Source: Stegostoma tigrinum (Eukaryota). From it: 64,000 nt of DNA. Below, in pieces: positions 51,217-64,000 of the stretch. The DNA lies in NCBI RefSeq assembly GCF_030684315.1, contig NC_081397.1, forward strand, positions 9,238,001 through 9,302,000, read 5' to 3'. Both the position numbers and the translations under genes were made by a program. Under the pieces are notes generated by a model. It had not been told where the DNA came from, made no database searches, and saw only the letters and a program-made list of their open reading frames with translations. Each line of letters opens with the position of its first letter. Positions within the stretch are counted from its first letter, which is position 1.

Positions 51217-51955
51217 TAGAACATAGAACATAACAGCACAGTACAGACCCTTCGGCCCTCGATGTTGTGCCGACCTGTCATACCGATTTCAAGCCCATCT
51301 AACCTACACTATTCCATGTACGTCCATATGCTTATCCAAAGACGATTTAAAAGATACCTAAAGCTGGAGAATCTACTACCGTTGCAGGCAAAGCGTTCCA
51401 TTCCCTTACTACTCTGAGTAAAGAAACTACCTCTGACATCTGTCCTGTATCTTTCACCCCTCAATTTAAAGCTATGCCCCCTCGTGCTCGCTGTCACCAT
51501 CCTATGAAAAAGGCTCTCCCTATCCACCCTATCTAATCCTCTGATTATTTTATATGTTTCAATTCAGTCACCTCTCAACCACCTTCTCTGTAATGAAAAC
51601 AGCCTCAAGTCCCTCAGCCTTTCCTCGTAAAACGTTCCCTCCATACCAGGCAACATCCCAGTAAATCTCTGCACCCTTTCCTCAGCTTCCACATCCTTCT
51701 TATAATGCGGTGACCAGAACTGTGCACAATACTCCAAGTGCGACCGCACCAGAGTTGTGTCCAGCTTCACCATAACCTCTTGGTTCCAGAACTCGATCCC
51801 TCTATTAATAAAAGCTAAAACACTGTATGCCTTCTTAACAGCCCTGTCAACCTGGGTGGCAACTTTCAAGGATCTGTATACATGGACACCGAGATCTCTC
51901 TGCTCATCTACACTGCCATGAATCTTACCATAAGCCCAGTACTTTGCCTTCCGGT
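51217..51955 (-). mobile_element. CR1 3' fragment in the H2A-H2B spacer
   Basis: EQRDLGVHVYRSLKVATQVDRAVKKAY...; AGAACAT repeats at 51218; absent from the unit 1 spacer. Confidence 0.9.
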
Positions 51956-52709
51956 TCATTTTCATATTGCAAGTGCACCCTGAAATATTTATCAAAAACT
52001 CAACGCTCCTGCGGGTGAGAACGGTGAAACTTCAGTTTAAAGTTGCCGTCCCTCTTGTCGTTGATCAGACTTCACACCTGATATGGCAATCCAGCAGCTA
52101 TACTAGCTTTATCTCAGTTCATTTTGAAAGCCTCTTATCGACAGCTGAGAGCCTCATTTACAGTGTTCTGCAAAAATCAGACGACGTCAGTGGCGTTTTG
52201 AAAATTTAATTTAAAAAAAGAACAAATAAATTTCAAAATCTATTCGTGGGACGACAACAGTTACTTTTCTTTCCGGGAGTGAAACTCGTGTTTCATACCC
52301 CACGGGGCACTGTACCTTCTGCCCTGATCAAGGGTTAAAGAATAACTGGAAAATATAGAATTTGCTGAAAAGTGACTCGGTGTCGATAAATATGCTCTCT
52401 ATACAGGCCGGGAAAAGAGACTGGGAAATACGCAACCGACAATAAAGGGCAGAGGGTCTGGGATCAAACGAAATTATTTTTATAATTAAAAACAAAGCTT
52501 AGCGACATTCATTATCCAGACCCAGAATCAATTGTAAAGCTAAAACTTCATTTGAAAAGAAGGGTCTCGCCCCGAAACGTCAATTTACCTGCTTCTCTGA
52601 TGCTGTTTGGTTTGCTGTGGTCATCCAGCTCCACATCTTGTCGTCTCAGATTCTCCAGCATCGGCTATCCAAGTTAATACGGTTCAGCTGTTTCAGTGAG
52701 GTAGTGGGT

Positions 52710-52725
52710 GGCTCTTAAAAGAGCC
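52710..52725 (-). terminator. Histone 3' stem-loop (H2B copy 2)
   Basis: Minus strand GGCTCTTTTAAGAGCC ACCCA. Confidence 0.96.
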
Positions 52726-52765
52726 TTTGGGTTTTGGATGTGTTTTTTCAACACAATGTGGGGTC

Positions 52766-53146
52766 TCACTTGGAGCTGGTGTACTTGGTCACCGCCTTTG
52801 TACCCTCCGACACGGCGTGTTTGGCCAGCTCCCCGGGCAGCAGCAGCCGCACCGCGGTCTGGATCTCCCGGGAGCTGATGGTCCTGCGCTTGTTGTAATG
52901 GGCCAGGCGGGAAGCCTCCCCTGCGATACGCTCGAAAATATCCTTGACGAACGAGTTCATGATGCTCATCGCCTTGGAGGAGATGCCGGTGTCGGGGTGA
53001 ACCTGCTTCATCACTTTGTAGATGTAGATAGAGTAACTTTCTTTCCTGGATCGTTTCCTTTTCTTGCCGGCTTTGCCCGGCGCCTTCTTGATGATTTTCT
53101 TGGCGCCCTTCTTGGAGGCTTGCTGCGCTTTCTTCTCATCTGGCAT
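52766..53146 (-). CDS. H2B: Histone H2B
   Basis: [17 protein letters not shown]...[10 protein letters not shown], 126 aa. Confidence 0.98.
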   Translation of the reverse strand: MPDEKKAQQASKKGAKKIIKKAPGKAGKKRKRSRKESYSIYIYKVMKQVHPDTGISSKAMSIMNSFVKDIFERIAGEASRLAHYNKRRTISSREIQTAVRLLLPGELAKHAVSEGTKAVTKYTSSK

Positions 53147-53809
53147 AGCGTCAGTCACTTTCAGACACAAAATAAGCGAAAGCCGTCTCGGAGCTCGCTT
53201 TTTATAGCCTGATCGCGTCAGCAATGCTAATGAGGGATGAGGGAAATCCTTGTTCCTGATTGGGTACTTTACAAGAATGTCACACCATGAGATTAGCCTT
53301 TCTGTGATTGGTTAGTGTCAAACACAAAGTGGATCTCTTCGGTTCTGCAACGAAATGTGAAACACAAACCGAAATTTTGTACACGGATCAAATTCCTATC
53401 TCCCTTGCAGTTGAACTGGTTGTCAATATTTTGAACACAGTCCTGCGAGATTTTAATTGTGACAAGGTGTTTTATTCCGCTCAGTGATCTTTTGTGAGTA
53501 AAATGTTACCTTGTTTCATCACCAGCTGAGATTTCCTTATTAAGCTGTGGGGAGTATTGTTTTGTGAAGACTTTCGGGTTTCTTGAGCGACAATTTGCCG
53601 AATATCTGTCATTCTCTGCATTGTGGAAATGGGAGTGCGGTTCTCGATCTGTCCCTAGAGTTGCAGTGGGGTAGAGATCGCCTGAGGTTTGTCTGGATTC
53701 TCCAGCATCTGCAGTCACCATTATCTCTGATACAATTTTAACTTCACTGCAAAGCTTCTTCCAGGGATGCCTGACTTGAAGAAGTTACCATCCTCCCTCC
53801 AGAATAAAA

Positions 53810-55770
53810 GCAGACTCTTTACTAAATGGGCAGAAAATTCAGAAGTCTTGCATGCAAAGAGACTTGGGAGTTCTACTCCAGGAATGTCTCACGGTAAACT
53901 CGCAGGTTGAGTCAGTAGTCAGGAAGGCAACTACAATACTGGCATTTATTTTGCCAGGACTTCAAGGCAGAGATTGACAAATTCTTGATCTCACAAGGAA
54001 TCAAGGGCTACGGGGAGAGTGCAGGGAAGTGGAGTTGAAATGCCCAGCCGTGACTTAAATAGTGGAGTGGACTTGATGGGCCGAATGGCCTCACTTCCAC
54101 TCCCATGTCTTATGGTCTTACGGACTTGAATATGTAAAAAAAGGATGTACTTATGAGGCTTTAGAAGACTCGAGTCAGGCCACGTTTGAAGTAGCATGTG
54201 CAGTTTTGGGCCCCATATCTCAGGAAGGATGTACTGCCCCTGGAGCAGGTTCAGAGGAGGTTCACGAGAATGGTCCCAGGAATGAAAAGCTGAACATATG
54301 AGCAATGTTTGAGGATTCTGGGACTGTACTCTTTGGAGTTTAGAAGGATGATAATCAAAACTTAGACTACTGAATGCCTGGACAGAGTGGATGTAGGGAA
54401 GATGCTTCCATTGGTAGGAGAGACTAGGACCCAAGGGCACAGCCTTCAAGTAAAGGGCAGGCCTTTTAGAACAGAGATAAGGAGAAACTTCTTCAGCCAG
54501 AGAGCGGTGAATCTATGGAATTCACTGCCACAGAAGGCTGTGGAGGCCAGGTTATTGAGTGCATTTAAGGGTGAGATAGATAGGTTTTTGATTGTCAAGG
54601 GGATCAAGGTTATGGGGAGAAGGAAGGAGAATTGGCTGAAGGAACTTCTCAGCCATGATTTAATGGTGGAGCAGACTTGATGGGCCAAATAGCCTGATTT
54701 CTGCTCCTATGTCTTATGGTCTTATAGTAACACAGTATGGACATGGGCCCTTCCGCTCAAACTGGTTCATGATGACCATGGTGCCCACTCAGCTGGATCC
54801 AATTGCCCACATTATATCCCTCGAAATCCTTCCCTTCCATGTACCTGTTCAAATGTTTTTTTTTTAAGTGTTGATATTGTGCCTGCCTCAACAACTTTCT
54901 CTGGCAGCTGATTCCACACGTGCTCCACTCTCTCTGTGAAGTTGGCACCCCTCAGGTCCTTCTTAAATTCTTGCCCTCTCACCCGAAACCTATGCCCTCC
55001 AGTTTTCAATTCCTCATCTGTGGGGAAAAAAAACAAACATGATTTGCATTTATCTGACCTATGGGCCTCATGATTTTATACATCTGAATAAGGTCACACT
55101 TCATTCTCCTACGGTCCAAGAAATAAAGTCCTACCCTGGCCAACATCTCGCTATAACTCAGGCCCACTAGTCCTGCATAAATCTTCTTTGAACACTTTCT
55201 AGTTGAACTAGGTCTTTTTTACAACAGGGTGACCAAAACTCTACACAATAGTCTGAGTCTATTCTAAATGCCTCGATCAATGAAGGCCAGCATGCTGAAT
55301 TCCTTCTTCAGCACCCTACCCACCTGCGACACTGCTTTAACCAAACGACTTATCTGTACTCCTTGGTCCCTCTGTACCACATCACTAATCAGGGACCTTA
55401 CCATTTACTATACAAGGCTTACTATAGTTTGACATTCCAAAGTGCAACACCTCACACCTATCTGCATTGAATTGCATTTTCCAATCCTTGGCCCACTTCC
55501 CCATCTGATTAAGATCCCTCTGTAATTTTCGATAACCTTCCCCACTATGAACGATACCGCCTAACATTGCATCATCTGTAAACTTACTAATCATGCTTTG
55601 CACATTCACATCCAGATCATTTATGTTAATAACAAATAACAAAGGTCCCAGCACCAATCCCTGTGGCACACCACAAGTCACAGGCCTCCAGTCCGAGAAA
55701 CAATCTTCAACTGTCACCCTCTGCTTTGTACCATCAAGCCAATTTTGAATCCAATGAGCTAGCTTTCCCT
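53810..55770. mobile_element. CR1 fragments (plus ~53810-54725, minus ~54730-55770)
   Basis: FRTEIRRNFFSQRAVNLWNSLPQ on plus; GVPQGLVLGPLLF...ISKFTDD on minus. Confidence 0.85.
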
Positions 55771-55779
55771 GTTCAAGTG

Positions 55780-56500
55780 AGCCACAACACACTGCAGCAT
55801 CCCGGAGTTTCATAAAGCCAAGGAAGAACACAGATAGTGTCTTTAGAAATGACAGTTACTCAAAATGCATTGTTCGCAGATGCCACACAACTGATGACAA
55901 CAGGAAGACACAACACATCCAGTGATAGTAGTCACCAGACTATGCACTGAGGGTGTGAAATAACCACCAGGTTACTCTACCCCGTAAGAATCATGATAGC
56001 CCACGAACTGACAGCCGCTGTTGAGAATGAAGGATCCAACATTCACAATTAGCAGAACCAATGCGATTTACAAGATACCATGCAAATACTGCCACAAACC
56101 TTACCCAAGGCAAACCGGTAGGAAACCCGCCATCAGGATTCATGGACATCAACTCGCTGCCAAAAGTCATGGCCAACTACCACTCACCTTAATGCACGTG
56201 GATAAAGAGGGACACCTGTTTGACTGGGACAAGGTAGCCATCAGAGGACATCCCAAACAAAGACATGCACAAGAATTCAAACTAGAACTCCATTAACAAA
56301 CATGTCCAGCTGGACACCACACACCAACCACTAAGAAACCAATCTGGAAGTGTTGCTCACCACCCCAGCAAACTGAGGCACATAAATAGCAAGAAGGACA
56401 GAATACCAACGTTTCATTCACGGTGCACTGATGATGTTGTGTAGTATGGTGATGAAATGTCTGTGAACAAACTTACAAGCTCAGTGAGCAAGTCAACAGC
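55780..56500 (+). mobile_element. Penelope/Poseidon-like GIY-YIG 3' fragment
   Basis: ORF 56021..56296 NAIYKIPCKYCHKPYPRQTGRK...HLFDWDKVAIRG; decayed hammerhead at ~56428. Confidence 0.75.
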
Positions 56501-56519
56501 AGCATATTTAATGAACTGA

Positions 56520-59500
56520 CCCTGACATTTCAGTGAAAGCGATTATCAACATGTATCTGTCAATTTCCACAATTTGACTGTCACTGTGATCAAACTCTGT
56601 CAGTTTCTGCTTGGTGGCCATGTGAGTGCAGTTATCAATAAGGACGTTTCAGATTCCGCTCTGTGAATGAGAGTAATTATCAAACTGTACATGTCAGTTA
56701 GTTTATGCTGCGTATAACTGGGAAGGCTGATTCCAGAATTTGCAGTTCTTGCTATGTCCAAGGTTGTTATCAATCTGTTCCTGTCAAGTTCGTCCATTGG
56801 ATATGTGCGTGAAAGCAATGTGCACCTATCATTTGCTTCTCTGTCAATTTGCAAGTCCTGTTACCAAGATGTACCTGTGAGAACCTACTCTGAATATTTG
56901 AGTACAGTCAGCAATCCGTGCCTGTCTGTCTGTCGATTTGTGATTGCAGTTCTAAGTTTGTAGCTGTCACTTTGCTCTGTGAAATTGGGAGTGTTATCAT
57001 CAATATATTCCTGCCAGTTTCAGTCTCTGTGAATGCGAGTACAGCAATGAATATGTGCATAATAGTTTCTATTATGTGACTATGTGAACATTTTTCATCA
57101 ACCTTTTACTTGCAGTTTCTGAAGTATTAATATGGTCAAATACCATTTTTTTCCTGTCTGACCCTGCAATATGAATGCTTGAGTTTAGGTAGTACTACTC
57201 CTAAAAGTGGATCAGTTGTCAGGCAGCCAATAATATTATCGGTGGACGTGTGATTCATTATGTGAAGTTGATATTTGAGTAATTCTATGCAGATTTCCTT
57301 CAATTCCTGATGGTATACTTTGGACAAGGATTCAGTCTACCAATCTTCAAAACTGGTGTAAATGTCAATGGGTTATTTTAGGTGAAACCTGTTCAAACTG
57401 GGTATTTTGAATGGAGAGAGAAGCAAAATAAAGTGGCATTCCTCTGTCTTGTTTTATTGTCGGCTTTGACGTGTCTGACTGGAAATTAAAGCTCAACGTG
57501 TGTCTGATTCAATCTGCTCCGTGACTGGGGAAAGGATGTTCTCATGCTGTGATAGTGGGAACATATCTGCTGTTTGTTAGGAGGAGCTTTGTACTGAAGA
57601 AATGATACATTGTCTTGTTCCTTCAAGTGTTTGTCTGCAGGAAGGAAAACACAGATAGCTCCTGTAAACCGTCATCAGATGGGTGTGAAAACATTTAACT
57701 GATCAATTCAACATTTTGCTAATAAACATTCAGATATTTAAATTATCACTAGGAATTCTAACAGAACTGTGGGTCTGATTGCACTCTTGCCCTGAGCTGC
57801 ACTACATTTGATCAATTTTTAAAACTTCAACTCTATTTGAGTGATGCACAGAAAGTAACCAACTCCCGTACAGCTCCATGACTGGAACTACCTAATGCAA
57901 GCTTGTCTGTGCGTATGAGTTTAGTTACTGATCCATTCATGTCAGTTGCTACCTGTTGAATGTGTGAGTGTAGTTATCAATGTGTCCCTCTAAATCTTTG
58001 GCAAATTACTTCTGTATTACACAGCAGAGACTGACAGGGAAACATTGGTCCAGACCAATCATTGTAAAAATGGTACAGAACAGAAGGAGGTCATTTGGTG
58101 CATCATGTCCATGCTGACCCAAACACCCCCAGATGGCCATCACAATCACACCTTCCTGCACACATCCCATAGCCCTGCAGGTTTCATTCGATTATCCTTC
58201 AGAACTTGGTCCATATGTGACAGACCATCAAAAGAGGAGAGCCAGATTATTTTGTGAAGAATTTGGAAACTAAAATTTAATACTGAGGACCATTGGGTAA
58301 GTACCCAGGTTTTAGATAATGAGATTTTTTTGAAAAGAACCGTTGTTATGGAACAAGATGGACAGCCACACTCCATTGATCCTTCAATCTTCCTGCATTC
58401 GAAAACTGAGCATTTTAAATGTTTCATGTAAAGTGGAGAGCCAGTTACCATTTAAATTATTATTTTTTAAAAAATAAATGTCCATGATTATAAAATCTTC
58501 TGGCTTACAACAGAACAAAAAAAATCTAGCTCCACAAGATGAAGAATTTGAGAACAATCCTGCGATAAAGGTGGAGATGGTAGTTCCCCTGCCACCGTGA
58601 AACATTTATGGAAATTGAATGCTGGCTGAATGGATGTAATTATTGGCTTGTTGTTTCTAATCATTGCAGGCTTGGAGAGACAGGACTGTTTGCTGTGCTG
58701 TCGTTGTCTATGACTAGATATGTGTGAGTGATAATCATTTTGTATAGATCATGTTTCTGTTAGCTGGAGTTTAAACGGACTGTTAGTCCTTGGATCACAT
58801 CTTTAGTTATGATGATTGTATTTTGAACTAGTTCTGAGTCAGTCAGTACCTGTATCTGTCAGTCCATCCACATGGAAACAAAGCTGAGTATTATTACAGG
58901 TCGCGTCGCACTACCTCAGAACAGAGGTTCAACTTCAGAACACTCATTTCCATACTCATATGCTGATAGACTTGCTGAGATTTTGCAGCAATTTCTACTT
59001 TTGTTTCTGATTTCCAGCATCTGCAGTTCCTTGGTTTTTCTATTTGTCAGGAAAATGTGTTTGAAGTTCTCATGATTTATTTGTTATGTTTATATATGGG
59101 ATAAATATTTATCAAAAGGAACAATTCTGTCCAAATCAGTTACTGGTAAACTAAAATGAAGCGTCACTCTCAACACAAAACCAAAGTTGTTGGAAAAGTT
59201 CAGCAGCCCTGGAGGCATCTGTACATGCAGTTATCAATTTATACTTGCTGGTTTCTATGATGTGAATATATGAATGTAATAACCAATTTATATCTGACAG
59301 TTTCTGTGGCATGAATATTTAAATACAGTTATCATTCTGCCCCTGTCAGTTTCTTCTATGCGAATGTAATCATCAATCCTTACCTGTCAATTTCAGCTTT
59401 TGTCAATTTGTGAGCATAGCTATCATTCTGTCCTTGTCAGATTCTGCTCTGCAAATGACAGTAATTATCACATTTTACACAGTTCTGAGGAAGCATCACC

Positions 59501-62220
59501 AGACCTGAAACATTAACTGATTTTCTCTTCGTAGATGCTACCAGACCTGCTGAGCTTTTCCTGCATGTTCTCTTTTTGCTCCTGATTTACAGCATCAACA
59601 ATTCTTTTGTCTTTTTATGTTAGATTTTACCTTTCAGTTTCTGCAAATTGAATGTGTGAATCCAGTTGTCAATCTATGTCAGTTTCTGCTCTTCAATGAG
59701 TGTAGTTATCAATTTTCTCTGTCAAATTCTGCTTTGTAAATAACTAAGTATAGTTATCTCTTTGTTCTTTGTATATCAATAACTACACTCTTGTATTCAC
59801 GTATCAGAAAATGACACGGATAATGACAATTAGGCACACATTCAGAATGCAAAAAAACTGACAGGTACAGATTGATAAATGTATGCACACATTATAAACA
59901 TGTCGAGATTGAGATGAATGAAATGACATAAATGGATCAGAAACTAAACTCATATGCACAGACAAGCTTGCATTAGGTAGTTCCAGTCATGGAGCTGTAT
60001 GGGTATCGGTTACTTTCTGTGCATCAATCAGTTGGAGTTGGAGTTTTTAAAATTGATCAAATGTAGTGCAGCTCAGGGCTAGAGTGCAATCAGACCCACA
60101 GTTCTGTTTGAATTCCTGGTGATAATTTAAGTATCTGAATGTTTATTAGCTAGATGTTGAATTGATCAGTTAAATGGTTTCACACCCATCTGATGACAGT
60201 TTACAGGAGCTGTTTTTTTTGTGTCAGTTTCTGCTACATGCTAGCATGAGCATATTTACCAATCTGTAACTTTCAGTTTCTCCTGTGTGTATCTGACAGT
60301 GTAGTTATAAATCTGTTATAACAAGGCACAGAGCTGGATGAACACAGCACGCTAAGGAGCATCAGGGGAACATGAAAGCTGATGTTTTGTGCCTGGGCCC
60401 TTCTTCAGAAAATTGAGAGTGTGTGAATACATTTATCATACTCTCCCCATCAGTTTCAGCTGTACGAATGAATGAATGTAGTTGTCAATCTGTCCCTGTC
60501 AGTATCTGAAATCAGAATATTCAAGCATGTTTGTGTAATTGTCAGTCTATCCCTGATAGTTTTTGCTCCATGAACGTGAGGTTTTGTTTTTAATATATTC
60601 CTGTCAGTTTCTGCTTGGGGAATGTGTGAGCATTTTTATAAACCTGTACCTATCAGATTCTGTGTCATCAAGACAGGAATTTAGTTATTAATCTGTACCT
60701 GTTATCTATGGTTTTGTGAAGAACTGGGTGTAGTTATTGATCTGCATTTGTCAGGAGCTGGCACGTGAAGATGTGAGTGTAATTATCAATCTGTCCCTCT
60801 CAGTTTCTGCTGTGTCATATGTGAGTTTAGTTGTCAATCAATACCCATCCATTCCTGCTTCATGAATGTGGGAGTGCATTGCAAAAAAAAAATCAAATTT
60901 CTGTGAATGTGCAAATGCAGATCACAATCTCTACATTTTTATAATGTGTGCATACGTTTATCAATCCGTACCTGTCAGTTGTTTGGCATTCGGAACGTGT
61001 GCAGAACTGTCATTGTCCTTGCCGTTTTCTGATACGTGAAGACAAGAGTGTAGTTATCGATATACAAAGAATAAAGAGAACAAAGAAAATTACAGCAGAG
61101 GAAAATGCCCTTCCGCCCTCCAAGCCTGTGCCGATCGAGATCCTCTGTCTAACCTGTCATCTATTTTCTAAGGGTCTGTGTCCCTTTGCTCCCTGCCCAT
61201 CCATGTACCTGTCCAAATATATCTTAAAAGATGCTAATGTGTCTGCATCTACTACCTCCACTGGCAACGCATTCGAGGCACCCACCACCCTCTATGTAAA
61301 GAACTTTCCACGCATATCTCCCTTAACCTTTCATCCTCTCACTTTGAACTCAGGACCCATAGTAATTGAGTCCCCGACTCTGGGAAAAAGCTTCTTGCTA
61401 TCCACCCTGTCGATATCCCTCATGATTTTGAAGACCTCAATCAGATCCCGAACCACACTCTCCATCTTTCTAATGAAAATAATCCTAATCTACTCAACCT
61501 CTCTTCATAGCCAGCACCCTCCATACCAGGCAACATCCTGGTAAACCTCTCCTGCACCCTCTCCAAACCGTCCACATCCTTTTGGTAATGTGGCGACCAG
61601 AACTGTACACAGTATTCTAAATGTGGCCGAACTAAAGTCTTATACAACTGTAACATGACCTGCCAACTCTTGTACTCAATACCCCGTCCGATGAAGGAAA
61701 GCATGCTATATGCCTTCTTGACCACGCTATTGACCTACGTTGCCACCTTCAGGGAACAAAGGACCTGAACACCCAGATCTCTCTGTTCATCAATTTTCCC
61801 TAGGACTCTTCCATTTACTGTATAGTACGCCCTTGAATTAGATCTTCCAAAATGCATCACCTCACATTTGCACGGATTGAACTCCATCTGCCCAACTCTC
61901 CAGTCTATTTATATTCTGCTGTCATCTCTGACAGTCTCCTTCACTATCTGCTACTCCACCAATCTTAGTGTCATCTGCAAACTTGCTGATCAGACCACCT
62001 ACACCTTCCTCCAGATCATTTACGTATATCACGAACAACAGTGGTCCCAGCACAGATCCCTGTGGAACACGACCGGTCACAGGTCTCCAATTTGAGAAAC
62101 TCCCTTCTACTACTACTCTCTGCTTCAATGATATGTGATTGTCACTTTCTTCTCTATGGCTGTGAGTGTATTTTCTCATTTCTGCCAGTCAGATCCTGCC
62201 CTGTAAAGTTTGAGTATGTT
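56520..62220. repeat. 49-bp minisatellite arrays (56520-57170, 59220-61060, 62130-62220)
   Basis: Same unit; paralogous to the arrays at 22850-23620 and 29640-33190. Confidence 0.75.
61063..62125 (-). mobile_element. CR1 3' fragment
   Basis: VPQGSVLGPLLF...ISKFADDTKIGG and VRPHLEYCVQFWSPHY; inserted inside a minisatellite unit. Confidence 0.9.
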
Positions 62221-63520
62221 CCACAATATTCATTCTATGGTACAGTTTAAGTTTTATTCCAATATTGGTCAGTCTCTGGTTTGAATGTGTTGAGTTTAAT
62301 GTGCACATTTTTGTTGCAAGTTCGCTGTACGAATCATTCTTAATTGAAAGTCAAAAAACTTGGTATCTGCTTGAATATATGTTGTTTTCTGTCTGTTTTC
62401 AGGTCAATATTTAATTTCCTTCAGGTAGATTTAAAACTTTATATTCGGCAGTGGGTTCTGCTATCCTGTTTGTGGGACAAACAAAGTCAATGGCAATATA
62501 GGTTTCAATCTGACACTTGTCCTGATGTGCAATTCCTCCAGTTTGTACAAAAGGAAAAAAAAACTTCAGTTACCTCTCTCAGTCTAAGACACGGTGAGAT
62601 ATTTGGAGGTACATTGAATGTCTTGTTCAATCTACTACTTCATGGGAAGTAATTATGTCAAAAAATTCATACAATTTTTTTGATGATGTCGCAAACAATT
62701 GATACTTAATTTATGACCATGGCCATTACCATGTAGTTAAATCCTACAGGGAGTGCATGGAGATTGGAGAACTGAGCTCACTTTTTGTTCTGTTTGTCTC
62801 TTTCATAGAAGGCTAGCTCTCTGACCTGAAATCTGAGAGTAGAAATCATTTTTAGTGTTACATGTGCTGAGGCTTGAAGTGTACATGGTCTTCATGGCTA
62901 TTAGATGTTGAGGAATGTGTGTTGGAACGGTGCATGTATGTATTTGGAATACATTGTAAATCACTCAGTAGGGGGTGTGTATGTGTGCGTGTGTGCGCAC
63001 TTGTGCAGTTTATGTTATGTGCTCTCAGTAACCATTTTATGTCACACATTTGGAAGTCACATTATTTCATTCTTCTCTCTATGCCTGGGACATCAATTTG
63101 TCAAAACATAGACACAGCCCTGATCAGTTACTGATAATGTGAATGTTTTCTTCCATATCTGTACTCACACTGTGCGAAGTAACTGTGTAACTGCATGAAC
63201 TATTTCTTCACCTTGACAGTAACTTGAAAAACATGCTTACTAAATGCAGATTTACTGCAGTTCCTCGGTGTCCGTCTCAGATGAAGATTCAGTCTGTGAC
63301 TTCACAAAAATGTCATAAATGTCAGGAGGCTATGAATGAAGAAAATTATAGCAACTGTGGAGGTGTGCATTGGAAAGAGAGAAAACAAACCACTTGTATT
63401 TTGTTGCTTGTATTTGACTGTTGGCTTGAATGCATTTTTCTGGAAATTAAGTTCAACGTGTCTCTGAATCAAACTGCTCTTTGCCTGTCGAAATGATGCA
63501 TTCTGACAGCGGTAACATAC

Positions 63521-63602
63521 CTGCTGTTTGTGAGAAGCAGCTGCTCACACTTGGCTTTGCACCAAAGAAATGATACACTGTCTTGGTCCTTCATGTATTT
63601 GC
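63521..63602 (-). other. Putative exon 2 (82 nt) of unknown gene, copy C
   Basis: ttctgttttcatccag|...|GTATGT; open frame KYMKDQDSVSFLWCKAKCEQLLLTNS. Confidence 0.45.
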
Positions 63603-64000
63603 CTGGATGAAAACAGAAGAGAAACATTCTGTAAATCAGCATCAGCCAAGTTTGACAATCTCAAACAGATTAACGTACATTCAGTTGATAATTATTAGGA
63701 TGTTTCTTTTCTTCAACTTCACCTGACAATGTAGCAGAGCTCCAAAAGCTTGAGATTTTAAAATAAACCTATTGGACTATAACACAAATCATGAGACTTC
63801 TGCCTTTTCTTTGAAGCCATCAATTCAAACACAGGTCTAACTCAGCGAGGTCCAGAAACTGAACAATTGCACAGCTGCATCTAAAGGTGCTACCTGAGGA
63901 TGCTGTAATATTGACACAGTTTGTGTCACCAGATCCCAACACACTAACTGTTGTAAAGAAGAACAACAGACACTATTTCGAATGTTTTTGCTCGAGACAT

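Overview
Vertebrate genomic DNA, most likely a cartilaginous fish (shark). This is inferred from HE1/V-SINE-like pieces, CR1 LINEs with (ATGTTCT)n or (ATTCTATG)n tails, and abundant Penelope-like elements. The window holds about two and a bit copies of a ~32-36 kb tandem segmental duplication. Each unit carries a replication-dependent histone cluster (order H1> H4> H3> <H2A <H2B, with 3' stem-loops), degenerate 49-bp minisatellite arrays and a candidate unknown spliced gene on the minus strand. The two clusters have decayed in complementary ways: unit 1 has only a 3' stub of H1 and an H3 with TGA at Cys110, while unit 2 has cleanly lost H4. Other highlights: (1) a young CR1 with an intact ORF2 that has no usable ATG but lies in the -1 frame behind a correctly phased U-UUA-AAC slippery heptamer; (2) several Penelope-derived foldback insertions, most with target-site duplications and some with minimal hammerhead ribozyme cores; (3) E2F/CDE-CHR modules upstream of H2A and H3. 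All alignments were made by eye, so repeat boundaries and identities are approximate.
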